Source: Eledone cirrhosa | Taxonomy: Eukaryota | Assembly (NCBI GenBank): GCA_964016885.1 | Contig: OZ024741.1 | Coordinates: 52,886,001-52,950,000, forward strand | Direction of reading: 5' to 3' | DNA: 64,000 nucleotides | Shown: positions 1 through 18,000 of the stretch, piece by piece | How the letters are laid out: each line of letters opens with the position of its first letter | How positions within the stretch are numbered: the stretch's first letter is position 1 | Program-made: the position numbers and the translations under genes | The notes under the pieces: generated by a model | Told to the model about the DNA's origin: nothing | Databases searched by the model: none | Seen by the model: the letters and a program-made list of their open reading frames with translations, nothing else

Positions 1-3000
1 ACAACACAATAGGTTTCAACTGAACACAACACAATACAATAGGTCTCAACTCAACGCAAACAAAACATAATAGGTCAAAACTCAACACAAACACAACACA
101 ATAGTTCTCAACTCGACACAAACACAACACAATAGGTCTCAACTCAACACAAACACAACACAATAGGTCACGACTCAACACAAACAAAACACGAGAGGTC
201 TCAACTCAACACAAACACAACACAATAGGTCACAACTCAACACAAACACAACACAATAGGTCACAACTCAACACAAACACAACACAATAGGTCTCAACTC
301 GACACAAACAGAACACAATAGGTTTCAACTCAAAACAAACACAACACAATAGGTCTCAACTCAACACAAACACAACAGAATAGGTCTCAACTCAACACAA
401 CACAATACAATAGGTCTCAACTCAACACAAACACAACTCAATAGGTCACTACTCAACGCAAATACAACACAAACACAGCACAATAGGTCTCAAATCAATA
501 CAAACACAACACAATAGGTCACAAATCAAAAGAAACACAACACAATAGCTCTGAACTCAACACAAACACAACAGAATAGTTCACAGCTGAACACAAACAC
601 AACAAAATAGGCACAACTCAACACAAACACAACACAATAGGTCACAATCTAACACGAACACGACACAATAGGTCACAACTCAACACAAACACAACAGAAT
701 TTGGTGACAACTCAACACAAACACAACACAATAGGTCTCAACTCAACACAAAAACAACACAATAGTTCTATACTCAACCCAAACACAACACAATAGGTCT
801 CAACTCAACACAAACACAACGCAATAGGTCTCAGCTCAACACAAACACAATAAAAAACACCAACGCAACACAATAGGTCTCAACTCAACACAAGCACGAA
901 AAAACAAACAACAACACAATAGGTCACAACTCGACACAAACACAACACAATATGTCTCAACTCAACACAAACACAACACAATAGGTCACAATCTAACACA
1001 AACACAACACAATAGGTCACAACTTAACACAAACACAACAGAATTTGGTGACAACTCAACACAAACACAACACAATAGGTCTCAACTCAACACAAACACA
1101 ACACAATAGTTCTGAACTCAACCCAAACACAACACAATAGGTCTCAACTCAACACATGCACAAAAAACACAAACACAACACAATAGGTCATTACTCAAGG
1201 CAAACACAACACAAGCACAACACAATAGGTCTCAAATCAACACAAACACAACACAATGGGTCCCAACTCAATACAAACACAACACAATAGGCCTCAACTC
1301 AACACAAACACAACACAATAGCTCTCAACTCGACACAAAGACAACACAATAGGTCTCAACTCGACACAAACACAACACAATAGGTCTCAACTCAACACAA
1401 ACACAACACAATAGGTCACAACTCAACACAAACACAACACAATAGGTCTCAACTCCACACAAACACAACACAATAGAACACAACTCAATACAAACAACAA
1501 CACAATAGGTCACAACTCAACACAAACACAACACAATAGTTTTCAACTCAAAACAAACACAACACAATAGGTCTCAACTCAACACAAACAAAACAGAACA
1601 GGTCTCAACTCAACACAAACACAATACAATAGGTCTCAACTCATCAAAAACACAACACAATAGGTCATAACTCAAGACAAACGCAACACAATAGGTCATA
1701 ACTCAAGACAAACGCAACACAATAGGTCACAACTCAACACAAACACAACACAATAGGTCATTACTCAACACAAACACAACACAAACACAACACAATAGGT
1801 CTCAAATCAACACAAACACAACACAATAGATCCCAACTCAATACAAACACAACACAATAGGTCTCACCTCAACACAAACACAACACACTAGGTCTCAACT
1901 CAACACAAACACAACACAATAGCTCTCAACTCGACACATTCTCAACACAATAGGTCTCAACTCAACACAAACACAACACAATAGGTCTCAACTCAACACA
2001 AACACAACACAATAGGTCTCAACTCAACACAAACAAAACAAAACACAAAAAAACACAATAGGTCTCAACTCAACGCAAACAAAACATAATAGGTCAAAAC
2101 TCAACACAAACACAACACAATAGTTCTCAACTCGACACAAACACAACACAATAGGTCACGACTCAACACAAACAAAACACGAGAGGTCTCAACTCAACAC
2201 AAACACAACACAATAGGTCACAACTCAACACAAACACAACACAATAGGTCACAACTCAACACAAACACAACACAATAGGTCTCAACTCGACACAAACAGA
2301 ACACAATAGGTTTCAACTCAAAACAAACACAACACAATAGGTCTCAACTCAACACAAACACAACAGAATAGGTCTCAACTCAACACAACACAATACAATA
2401 GGTCTCAACTCAACACAAACACAACTCAATAGGTCACTACTCAACGCAAATACAACACAAACACAGCACAATAGGTCTCAAATCAACACAAACACAACAG
2501 AATAGTTCACAGCTCAACACAAACACAACACAATAGGCACAACTCAACACAAACACAACACAATAGGTCCCAATCTAACACGAACACAACACAATAGGTT
2601 ACAACTCAACACAAAAACAACACAATAGTTCTGTACTCAACCCAAACACAACACAATAGTTCTCAACTCAACACAAACACAACAAAACACAAACACAACG
2701 CAATAGGTCTCAACTCAACACAAACACTACACAATAGGTCTCAGCTCAACACAAACACAACACAATTGCTTCCAACTCAACACAAACACAACGCAATAGG
2801 TCTCAACTCAACACAAACACAACAAAACACCAACGCAACACAATAGGACTCAACTCTATCACAAGCACAAAAACACAAACACAACACAATAGGTCACAAC
2901 TCGACACAAACACAACACAATAGGTCTCAACTCAACACAAAAACAACACAATACCTCTCAACTCGAAACACAACACCATGGGTCACAATTCAACACAAAC

Positions 3001-6000
3001 ACAACACAATAGGTCATAAATCAACACAAACACAACACAATAGGTCTCAACTCGACACAATCATAACACAATAGGTCACAACTCAACACAAACAGAACAC
3101 AATAGGTCTCAACTCGACACAAACACAACACAATAGGTCTCAACTCAACACAAACACAACACAATAGGTCACAACTCAACACAAACACAACACAATAGGT
3201 CTCAACTCCACACAAACACAACACAATAGAACACAACTCAACACAAACACAACACAATAGGTCACAACTCAACACAAACACAACAGAACAGGTCTCAACT
3301 CAACACAAACACAATACAATAGGTCTCAACTCAACACAAACTCAACGCAATAGGTCTCAACTCAACACAAACACAACAAAACACCAACGCAACACAATAG
3401 GTCTCAACTCTAACACAAGCACAAAAAACACAAACACAACACAATAGGTCACAACTCGACACAAACACAACACAATAGGTCTCAACTCAACACAAAAACA
3501 ACACAATACGTCTCAATTCGAAACACAACACCATGGGTCTCAATTCAACACAAACACAGCACAATAGGTCATAAATCAACACAAACACAACACAATAGGT
3601 CTCAACTCGACACAAACACAACACAATAGGTCTCACCTCAACACAAACACAACACAATAGGTTACAACTCAACACAAACAGAACACAATAGGTCTCAACT
3701 CAACACAATCATAACACAATAGGTCACAACTCAACACAAACAGAACACAATAGGTCTCAACTCGACACAAACACAACACAATAGGTCTCAACTCAACACA
3801 AACACAACACAATAGGTCACAACTCAACACAAACACAACACAATAGGTCTCAACTCCACACAAACACAACACAATAGAACACAACTCAACACAAACACAA
3901 CACAATAGGTCACAACTCAACACAAACACAACAGAACAGGTCTCAACTCAACACAAACACAATACAATAGGTCTCAACTCAACACAAACAAAACACAATA
4001 AGTCACTACTCAACGCAAACACGACACAAACGCAACGCAATAGGTCACAACTTAACACAAACACAACACTATAGATCACAACACAACACAAACACAATAC
4101 AATAGGTCTCAACTCATCAAAAACACAACACAATGGGTCTAAACTCAACACAAACACCACAGAATAGGTCTCAACTAAACACAAGCACAACACAATAGGT
4201 CACAACTCAACACAAATACAATACAATAGGTCTCAACTCAACACAAACAGAACACAATAGGTCTCAACTCACACAAACACAACACAATAGGTCTCAACTC
4301 GACACAAACACAACACAATAGGTCTCAACTCAACACAAACACAACACAATAGGTCACAACTCAACACAAACACAACACAATAGGTCTCAACTCCACACAA
4401 ACACAACACAATAGAACACAACTCAACACAAACACAACACAATAGGTCACAACTCAACACAAACACAACACAATAGGTATCAACTCAAAACAAACACAAC
4501 ACAATAGGTCTCAACACAAACACAACAGAACAGGTCTCAACTCAACACAAACACAATACAATAGGTCTCAACTCAACACAAACAAAACACAATAGGTCAC
4601 TACTCAACGCAAACACCACACTATAGATCACAACACAACATAAACACAATACAATAGGTCTCAACTCAACAGAAACACAACACAATAGGTCACAACTTAA
4701 CACAAACACAACACAATAGGTCATAACTCAAGACAAACGCAACACAATAGGTCACAACTCAACACAAACACAACACAATAGGTCACAACACAACAAAAAA
4801 TACAATACAATAGGTCTCAACTCAACACAAACACCACACAATAGGTCATTACTCAACACAAACACAACACAAACACAACACAATAGGTCTCAACTCAACA
4901 CAAACATAACACAATAGGTCATAACTCAACACAAACACAACACAATAGGTCTCAACTCGACACAAACACAACACAATAGTTCTCAACTCAACACAAACAC
5001 ACCACAATAGTTCTCAACTCAACACAAACACAACACAATAGGTCTCAACTCAACACAAACACAACACAATAGGTCTCAACTCAACACAAACAAAACAAAA
5101 CACAAAAAAACACAATAGGTCTCAACTCAACACAAACACAACACAATAGGTCTCAACTAAACACAAGCACAACACAAAAGGTCACAACTCAACACAAATA
5201 CAACACAATAGGTCTCAACTCAACAAAAACACAACACAATAGGTCTCAACTCAACACAATCACAACACAATAGGTCTCAACTCGACATAAACACAACACA
5301 ATAGGTCTCAACTCAACACAAACACAACACAATAGGTCACAACTCAACACAAACAGTACACAATAGGTCTCAACTCCACAAAAACACAACACAATAGAAC
5401 ACAACTCAACACAAACACAACACAATAGGTATCAACTCAAAACAAACACAACACAATAGGTCTCAACTCAACACAAACACAACAGAACAGGTCTCAACTC
5501 AACACAAACACAATACAATAGGTCTCAACTCAACACAAACACACACAATAGGTCACTACTCAGCGCAAACACCACACAAACGCAACGCAATAGGTCACAA
5601 CTCAACACAAACACAACACTATAGATCACAACACAACACAAACACAATACAATAGGTCTCAACTCATCAAAAACACAACACAATGGGTCTAAACTCAACA
5701 CAAACACCACAGAATAGGTCACAACTCAACACAAACGCAACACAATAGGTCACAACTCAACACAAACACAACACAATAGGTCACAACAAAACAAAAAATA
5801 CAATACAATAGGTCTCAACTCAACACAAACACCACACAATAGGTCATTACTTAACACAAACACAACACAAACACAACACAATAGGTCTCAACTCAACACA
5901 AACATAACACAATAGGTCATAACTCAACACAAACACAACACAATAGATCTCAACTCGACACAAACACAACACAATAGTTCTCAACTCAACACAAACACAC

Positions 6001-9000
6001 CACAATAGTTCTCAATTCAACACAAACACAACACAATAGGTCTCAACTCAACACAAACACAACACAATAGGTCTCAACTCAACACAAACAAAACAAAACA
6101 CAAAAAACACAATAGGTCTCAACTCAACACAAACACAACACAATAGGTCTCAACTAAACACAAGCACAACACAATAGGTCACATCTCAACACAAATACAA
6201 TACAATAGGTCTCAACTCAACACAAACACAACACAATAGGTCTCAACTCAACACAAACACAACACAATAGGTATCAACTCGACACAAACACAACACAATA
6301 GGTCTCAACTCAACACAAACACAACACAATAGGTCTCAACTCGATACAAACACAACACAATAGGTCTCAACTCAACGCAAACACAACACAATAGGTCAAA
6401 ACTCAACACAAACACAACACAATAGTTCTCAACTCGACACAAACACAACACAATAGGTCACGACTCAACACAAACAAAACACGATAGGTCTCAACTCAAC
6501 ACAAACACAACACAATAGGTCACAACTCAACACAAACACAACACAATAGGTCACAACTCAACACAAACACAACACAATAGGTTTCAACTCAAAACAAACA
6601 CAACACGATAGGTCTCAACTCGACACAAATAGAACACAATAGGTATCAACTCAACGCAAACACAACACAATAGGTCACAACTCAACACAAACACAACACA
6701 ATAGGTTTCAACTCGACACAAACACAACACAATAGGTCTCAACTCAACACAAACACAACACAATAGGTCACGACTCAAGACAAACACAACACAATAGGTC
6801 TCAACTCAACTCAAACACAACACAATAGGTCACAATTCAACACAAACACAACACAATAGGTCACAACTCAACACAAACAAAACACAATTGGTCTCAACTC
6901 GACACAAACACAACACAATAGGTTTCAACTCAACACAACACAATACAATAGGTCTCAACTCAACACAAACACAACACAATAGGTCTCAACTCGACACAAA
7001 CACAACACAATAGGTCTCAACTCAACAAAAAACACAACACAATGGGTCTAAACTCAACACAAACACAACACAATAGGTCTCAACTAAACACAAACACAAC
7101 AGAACAGGTCTCAACTCAACACAAACACAATACAATAGGTCTCAACTCAACACAAACACACACAATAGGTCACTACTCAACGCAAACACCACACAAACTC
7201 AACGCAATAGGTCACAACTCAACACAAACACAACACTATAGATCACAACACAACACAAACACAATACAATAGGTCTCAACTCATCAAAAACACAACACAA
7301 TGGGTCTAAACTCAACACAAACACCACAGAATAGGTCACAACTCAACACAAACGCAACACAATAGGTCACAACTCAACACAAACACAACACAATAGGTCA
7401 CAACAAAACAAAAAATACAATACAATAGGTCTCAACTCAACACAAACACCACACAATAGGTCATTACTTAACACAAACACAACACAAACACAACACAATA
7501 GGTCTCAACTCAACACAAACATAACACAATAGGTCATAACTCAACACAAACACAACACAATAGATCTCAACTCGACACAAACACAACACAATAGTTCTCA
7601 ACTCAACACAAACACACCACAATAGTTCTCAATTCAACACAAACACAACACAATAGGTCTCAACTCAACACAAACACAACACAATAGGTCTCAACTCAAC
7701 ACAAACAAAACAAAACACAAAAAACACAATAGGTCTCAACTCAACACAAACACAACACAATAGGTCTCAACTAAACACAAGCACAACACAATAGGTCACA
7801 TCTCAACACAAATACAATACAATAGGTCTCAACTCAACACAAACACAACACAATAGGTCTCAACTCAACACAAACACAACACAATAGGTATCAACTCGAC
7901 ACAAACACAACACAATAGGTCTCAACTCAACACAAACACAACACAATAGGTCTCAACTCGATACAAACACAACACAATAGGTCTCAACTCAACGCAAACA
8001 CAACACAATAGGTCAAAACTCAACACAAACACAACACAATAGTTCTCAACTCGACACAAACACAACACAATAGGTCACGACTCAACACAAACAAAACACG
8101 ATAGGTCTCAACTCAACACAAACACAACACAATAGGTCACAACTCAACACAAACACAACACAATAGGTCACAACTCAACACAAACACAACACAATAGGTT
8201 TCAACTCAAAACAAACACAACACGATAGGTCTCAACTCGACACAAATAGAACACAATAGGTATCAACTCAACGCAAACACAACACAATAGGTCACAACTC
8301 AACACAAACACAACACAATAGGTTTCAACTCGACACAAACACAACACAATAGGTCTCAACTCAACACAAACACAACACAATAGGTCACGACTCAACACAA
8401 ACACAACACAATAGGTCTCAACTCAACTCAAACACAACACAATAGGTCACAATTCAACACAAACACAACACAATAGGTCACAACTCAACACAAACAAAAC
8501 ACAATTGGTCTCAACTCGACACAAACACAACACAATAGGTTTCAACTCAACACAACACAATACAATAGGTCTCAACTCAACACAAACACAACACAATAGG
8601 TCTCAACTCGACACAAACACAACACAATAGGTCTCAACTCAACAAAAAACACAACACAATGGGTCTAAACTCAACACAAACACAACACAATAGGTCTCAA
8701 CTCAACACAAACACAACAGAACAGGTCTCAACTCAACACAAACACAATACAATAGGTCTCAACTCAACACAAACACACACAATAGGTCACTACTCAACGC
8801 AAACACCACACAAACTCAACGCAATAGGTCACAACTCAACACAAACACCACAGAATAGGTCACAACTCAACACAAACGCAACACAATAGGTCACAACTCA
8901 ACACAAACACAACACAATAGGTCACAACAAAACAAAAAATACAATACAATAGGTCTCAACTCAACACAAACACCACACAATAGGTCATTACTTAACACAA

Positions 9001-12000
9001 ACACAACACAAACACAACACAATAGGTCTCAACTCAACACAAACATAACACAATAGGTCATAACTCAACACAAACACAACACAATAGATCTCAACTCGAC
9101 ACAAACACAACACAATAGTTCTCAACTCAACACAAACACACCACAATAGTTCTCAATTCAACACAAACACAACACAATAGGTCTCAACTCAACACAAACA
9201 CAACACAATAGGTCTCAACTCAACACAAACAAAACAAAACACAAAAAACACAATAGGTCTCAACTCAACACAAACACAACACAATAGGTCTCAACTAAAC
9301 ACAAGCACAACACAATAGGTCACATCTCAACACAAATACAATACAATAGGTCTCAACTCAACACAAACACAACACAATAGGTCTCAACTCAACACAAACA
9401 CAACACAATAGGTATCAACTCGACACAAACACAACACAATAGGTCTCAACTCAACACAAACACAACACAATAGGTCTCAACTCGATACAAACACAACACA
9501 ATAGGTCTCAACTCAACGCAAACACAACACAATAGGTCAAAACTCAACACAAACACAACACAATAGTTCTCAACTCGACACAAACACAACACAATAGGTC
9601 ACGACTCAACACAAACAAAACACGATAGGTCTCAACTCAACACAAACACAACACAATAGGTCACAACTCAACACAAACACAACACAATAGGTCACAACTC
9701 AACACAAACACAACACAATAGGTTTCAACTCAAAACAAACACAACACGATAGGTCTCAACTCGACACAAATAGAACACAATAGGTATCAACTCAACGCAA
9801 ACACAACACAATAGGTCACAACTCAACACAAACACAACACAATAGGTTTCAACTCGACACAAACACAACACAATAGGTCTCAACTCAACACAAACACAAC
9901 ACAATAGGTCACGACTCAACACAAACACAACACAATAGGTCTCAACTCAACTCAAACACAACACAATAGGTCACAATTCAACACAAACACAACACAATAG
10001 GTCACAACTCAACACAAACAAAACACAATTGGTCTCAACTCGACACAAACACAACACAATAGGTTTCAACTCAACACAACACAATACAATAGGTCTCAAC
10101 TCAACACAAACACAACACAATAGGTCTCAACTCGACACAAACACAACACAATAGGTCTCAACTCAACAAAAAACACAACACAATGGGTCTAAACTCAACA
10201 CAAACACAACAGAATAGGTCACAACTCAACACAAACACAACACAAAAGGTCACAACTTAACACAAACACAACACAACAGGTCATAACTCAAAACAAACGC
10301 AACACAATAGGTCACAAATCAACACAAACACAACACAATAGGTCATTACTCAATACAAATACGACACAACACAACACAATAGGTCTCAAATCAACACAAA
10401 CACAACACAATAGATCCCAACTCAATACAAACACAACACAATAGGTCACAACTCAACACAAACACAACACAATAGGTCACAACTCAACACAAACACAACT
10501 CAATAGGTCTCAACTCGACACAAACAGAACACAATAGGTTTCAACTCAAAACAAACACAACACAATAGGTCTCAACTCAACACAAACACAACAGAATAGG
10601 TCTCAACTCAACACAACACTATACAATAGGTCTCAACTCAACACAAACACAACTCAATAGGTCACTACTCAACGCAATTACAACACAAACACAGCAAAAT
10701 AGGTCTCAAATCAACACAAACACAACACAATAGGTTACAACTCAAAACAAACACAACACAATAGCTCTCAACTCAACACAAACACAACAGAATAGTTCAC
10801 AGCTCAACACAAACACAACACAATAGGCACAACTCAACACAAACACAACACAATAGGTCACAATCTAACACGAACACAACACAATAGGTCACAACTCAAC
10901 ACAAACACAACAGAATTTGGTGACAACTCAACACAAACACAACACAATAGGTCTCAACTCAACACAAACACAACAAAATAGGTCCCAACTCAACACAAAC
11001 ACAACGCAATAGGTCTCAACTCAACACAAACAGAACAAAACACCAACGCAACACAATAGGTCTCAACACAACACAAGCACAAAAAACACAAACACAACAC
11101 AATAGGTCACAACTCGACACAAACACAACACAATAGGTCTCAACTCAACACAAAAACAACACAATACGTCTCAACTCGAAACACAACGCCATAGGTCTCA
11201 ACTCAACACAAACACAACACAATAGGTCACAAATCAACACAAACACAACACAACAGGTCTCAACTCGACACAAACACAACACAATAGGTCTCACCTCAAC
11301 ACAAACACAACACAATAGGTCACAACTCAACACAAACAGAACACAATAGGTCACAACTCAACACACACAAAACACAATAGGTCTCAACTAAACACAAGCA
11401 CAACACAATAGGTCACAACTCAACACAAATATAATACAATAGGTCTCAACTCAACACAAACACAACACAATAGGTCACAACTCAACACAAACACAACACA
11501 ATAGGTCTCAACTCCACACAAACACAACACAATAGAACACAACTCAACACAAACACAACACAATAGGTCACAACTCAACACAAACACAACACAATAGGTA
11601 TCAACTCAAAACAAACACAACACAATAGGTCTCAACACAAACACAACAGAACAGGTCTCAACTCAACACAAACACAATACAATAGGTCTCAACTCAACAC
11701 AAACAAAACACAATAGGTCACTACTCAACGCAAACACCACACTATAGATCACAACACAACACAAACACAATACAATAGGTCTCAACTCAACAGAAACACA
11801 ACACAATAGGTCTCAAATCATCAAAAACACAACACAATGGGTCTAAACTCAACACAAACACCACAGAATAAGTCACAACTCAACACAAACACAACACAAA
11901 AGGTCACAACTTAACACAAACACAACACAATAGGTCATAACTCAAGACAAACGCAACACAATAGGTCACAACTCAACACAAACACAACACAATAGGTCAC

Positions 12001-15000
12001 AACACAACAAAAAATACAATACAATAGGTCTCAACTCAACACAAACACCACACAATAGGTCATTACTCAACACAAACACAACACAAACACAACACAATAG
12101 GTCTCAACTCAACACAAACATAACACAATAGGTCATAACTCAACACAAACACAACACAATAGGTCTCAACTCGACACAAACACAACACAATAGTTCTCAA
12201 CTCAACACAAACACACCACAATAGTTCTCAACTCAACACAAACACAACACAATAGGTCTCAACTCAACACAAACACAACACAATAGGTCTCAACTCAACA
12301 CAAACAAAACAAAACACAAAAAAACACAATAGGTCTCAACTCAACACAAACACAACACAATAGGTCTCAACTAAACACAAGCACAACACAAAAGGTCACA
12401 ACTCAACACAAATACAACACAATAGGTCTCAACTCAACAAAAACACAACACAATAGGTCTCAACTCAACACAAACACAACACAATAGGTCTCAACTCGAC
12501 ATAAACACAACACAATAGGTCTCAACTCAACACAAACACAACACAATAGGTCACAACTCAACACAAACAGTACACAATAGGTCTCAACTCCACAAAAACA
12601 CAACACAATAGAACACAACTCAACACAAACACAACACAATAGGTATCAACTCAAAACAAACACAACAGAACAGGTCTCAACTCAACACAAACACAATACA
12701 ATAGGTCTCAACTCAACACAAACACACACAATAGGTCACTACTCAACGCAAACACCACACAAACGCAACGCAATAGGTCACAACTCAACACAAACACAAC
12801 ACTATAGATCACAACACAACACAAACACAATACAATAGGTCTCAACTCATCAAAAACACAACACAATGGGTCTAAACTCAACACAAACACCACAGAATAG
12901 GTCACAACTCAACACAAACGCAACACAATAGGTCACAACTCAACACAAACACAACACAATAGGTCACAACAAAACAAAAAATACAATACAATAGGTCTCA
13001 ACTCAACACAAACACCACACAATAGGTCATTACTTAACACAAACACAACACAAACACAACACAATAGGTCTCAACTCAACACAAACATAACACAATAGGT
13101 CATAACTCAACACAAACACAACACAATAGATCTCAACTCGACACAAACACAACACAAAAGTTCTCAACTCAACACAAACACACCACAATAGTTCTCAATT
13201 CAACACAAACACAACACAATAGGTCTCAACTCAACACAAACACAACACAATAGGTCTCAACTCAACACAAACAAAACAAAACACAAAAAACACAATAGGT
13301 CTCAACTCAACACAAACACAACACAATAGGTCTCAACTAAACACAAGCACAACACAATAGGTCACATCTCAACACAAATACAATACAATAGGTCTCAACT
13401 CAACACAAACACAACACAATAGGTCTCAACTCAACACAAACACAACACAATAGGTATCAACTCGACACAAACACAACACAATAGGTCTCAACTCAACACA
13501 AACACAACACAATAGGTCTCAACTCGATACAAACACAACACAATAGGTCTCAACTCAACGCAAACACAACACAATAGGTCAGAACTCAACACAAACACAA
13601 CACAATAGTTCTCAACTCGACACAAACACAACACAATAGGTCACGACTCAACACAAACAAAACACGATAGGTCTCAACTCAACACAAACACAACACAATA
13701 GGTCACAACTCAACACAAACACAACACAATAGGTTTCAACTCAAAACAAACACAACACGATAGGTCTCAACTCGACACAAATAGAACACAATAGGTATCA
13801 ACTCAACGCAAACACAACACAATAGGTCACAACTCAACACAAACACAACACAATAGGTTTCAACTCGACACAAACACAACACAATAGGTCTCAACTCAAC
13901 ACAAACACAACACAATAGGTCACGACTCAACACAAACACAACACAATAGGTCTCAACTCAACTCAAACACAACACAATAGGTCACAATTCAACACAAACA
14001 CAACACAATAGGTCACAACTCAACACAAACAAAACACAATTGGTCTCAACTCGACACAAACACAACACAATAGGTTTCAACTCAACACAACACAATACAA
14101 TAGGTCTCAACTCAACACAAACACAACACAATAGGTCTCAACTCGACACAAACACAACACAATAGGTCTCAACTCAACAAAAAACACAACACAATAGGTC
14201 ACGACTCAACACAAACACAACACAATAGGTCTCAACTCAACACAACACAATACAATAGGTCTCAACTCAACACAAACACAACACAATAGGTCTCAACTCG
14301 ACACAAACACAACACAATAGGTCTCAACTCAACAAAAAACACAACACAATGGGTCTAAACTCAACACAAACACAACAGAATAGGTCACAACTCAACACAA
14401 ACACAACACAAAAGGTCACAACTTAACACAAACACAACACAATAGGTCATAACTCAAAACAAACGCAACACAATAGGTCACAAATCAACACAAACACAAC
14501 ACAATAGGTCATTACTCAATACAAATACGACACAACACAACACAATAGGTCTCAAATCAACACAAACACAACACAATAGATCCCAACTCAATACAAACAC
14601 AACACAATAGGTCTCACCTCAACACAAACACAACACAATAGGTCACAACTCAACACAAACACAACACAATAGGTCACAACTCAACACAAACACAACACAA
14701 TAGGTCTCAACTCGACACAAACAGAACACAATAGGTTTCAACTCAAAACAAACATAACACAATAGGTCTCAACTCAACACAAACACAACAGAATAGGTCT
14801 CAACTCAACACAACACTATACAATAGGTCTCAACTCAACACAAACACAACTCAATAGGTCACTACTCAACGCAATTACAACACAAACACAGCAAAATAGG
14901 TCTCAAATCAACACAAACACAACACAATAGGTTACAACTCAAAACAAACACAACACAATAGCTCTCAACTCAACACAAACACAACAGAATAGTTCACAGC

Positions 15001-18000
15001 TCAACACAAACACAACACAATAGGCACAACTCAACACAAACACAACACAATATGTCACAATCTAACACGAACACAACACAATAGGTCACAACTCAACACA
15101 AACACAACAGAATTTGGTGACAACTCAACACAAACACAACACAATAGGTCTCAACTCAACACAAACACAACAAAATAGGTCCCAACTCAACACAAACACA
15201 ACGCAATAGGTCTCAACTCAACACAAACAGAACAAAACACCAACGCAACACAATAGGTCTCAACACAACACAAGCACAAAAAACACAAACACAACACAAT
15301 AGGTCACAACTCGACACAAACACAACACAATAGGTCTCAACTCAACACAAAAACAACACAATACGTCTCAACTCGAAACACAACGCCATAGGTCTCAACT
15401 CAACACAAACACAACACAATAGGTCACAAATCAACACAAACACAACACAACAGGTCTCAACTCGACACAAACACAACACAATAGGTCTCACCTCAACACA
15501 AACACAACACAATAGGTCACAACTCAACACAAACAGAACACAATAGGTCACAACTCAACACACACAAAACACAATAGGTCTCAACTAAACACAAGCACAA
15601 CACAATAGGTCACAACTCAACACAAATATAATACAATAGGTCTCAACTCAAAACAAACACAACACAATAGGTCTCAACTCAACCCAAACACAACACAATA
15701 GTTCTCAACTCAACACAAACACAACAAAACACAAACACAACGCAATAGATCTCAACTCAACACAAACACAACACAATAGGCACAACTCAACACAAACACA
15801 ACACAATAGGTCACAATCTAACACGAACACAACACAATAGGTCACAACTCAACACAAACACAACAGAATTTGGTGACAACTCAACACAAACACAACACAA
15901 TAGGTCTCAACTCAACACAAAAACAACACAATAGTTCTGTACTCAACCCAAACACAACGCAATAGGTCTCACCTCAACACAAACACAACAAAACACCAAC
16001 ACAACACAATAGGTCTCAACTCAACACAAGCACAAAAAACACAAACACAACACAATAGGTCTCAACTCAACACAAACACAACACAATACGTCTCAACTCG
16101 AAACACAACACAATAGATCTCAACTCAACACAAACACAACACAATAGGTCACAAATCAACACAAACACAACACAATAGCTCTCAACTCGACACAAACACA
16201 ACACAACAGGTCTCACCTCAACACAAACACAACACAATAGGTCACAACTCGACACAAACACAACACAATAGGTCTCAACTCAACACAAACACAATACAAC
16301 AATCCACGACTCAATATAAACACAACATAATAGGTCTCAACATAACACAAACAACACAATAGGTCTCAACTCAACACAACCACAACACAATAGGTCTCAA
16401 CTCAACACAAACACAACAGATCAGGTCTCAACTGAACACAAACACAATACAATGCGTCTCAACTCAACACAAACAAAACACAATAGGTCACTACTCAACG
16501 CAAACACAACACAAACGCAACACAATAGGTCACAACTCAACACAAACACAACACAATAGGTCTCAACTCAACCTAAAACACAACACAATGCGTCTAAACT
16601 CAACACAAACACAACCGAATAGGTCACAACTCAACACAAACACAATACAAAAGGTCACAACTTAACACAAACACAACACAATAGGTCATAACTCAAAACA
16701 AACGCAACACAATAGGTCACAAATCAACACAAACACAACACAATAGGTCATTACTCAACACAAATACGACACAACACAACACAATAGGTCTCAAATCAAC
16801 ACAAACACAACACAATAGATCCCAACTCAATACAAACACAACACAATAGGTCTCACCTCAACACAAACACAACACAATAGGTCTCAACTCAACACAAACA
16901 CAACACAATAGCTCTCAACTCGACACATACACAGCATAATAGGTCTCAACTCAACACAAACATAACACAATAGGTCATAACTCAACACAAACACAACACA
17001 ATAGGTCTCAACTCGACACAAACACACCACAATAGTTCTCAACTCAGCACAAACACAACACAATAGGTCTCAACTCAACACAAACACAACACAATAGGTC
17101 TCAACTCAAAACAAACACAACACGATAGGTCTCAACTCGACACAAATAGAACACAATAGGTATCAACTCAACGCAAACACAACACAATAGGTCACAACTC
17201 AACACAAACAAAACACAATAGGTTTCAACTCGACACAAACACAACACAATAGGTCTCAACTCAACACAAACAAAACACAATAGATCACGACTCAACACAA
17301 ACACAACACAATAGGTCTCATCTCAACTCAAACACAACACAATAGGTTTCAACTGAACACAACACAATACAATAGGTCTCAACTCAACACAAACACAACA
17401 CAATAGGTCACAACTCAACACAAACACAACACAATATGTCTCAACTCAACAAAAAACACAACACAATGGGTCTAAACTCAACACAAACACAACAGAATAG
17501 GTCACAACTCAACACAAACACAACACAAAAGGTCACAACTTAACACAAACACAACACAATAGGTCATAACTCAAAACAAACGCAACACAATAGGTCACAA
17601 ATCAACACAAACACAACACGATAGGTCATTACTCAACACAAATACGACACAACACAACACAATAGGTCTCAAATCAACACAAACACAACACAATAGATCC
17701 CAACTCAATACAAACACAACACAATAGGTCTCACCTCAACACAAACACAACACAATAGGTCTCAACTCAACACAAACACAACACAATAGCTCTCAACTCG
17801 ACACATACACAGCACAATAGGTCTCAACTCAACACAAACATAACACAATAGGTCATAACTCAACACAAACACAACACAATAGGTCTCAACTCGACACAAA
17901 CACACCACAATAGTTCTCAACTCAGCACAAACACAACACAATAGGTCTCAACTCAACACAAACACAACACAATAGGTCTCAACTCAAAACAAACACAACA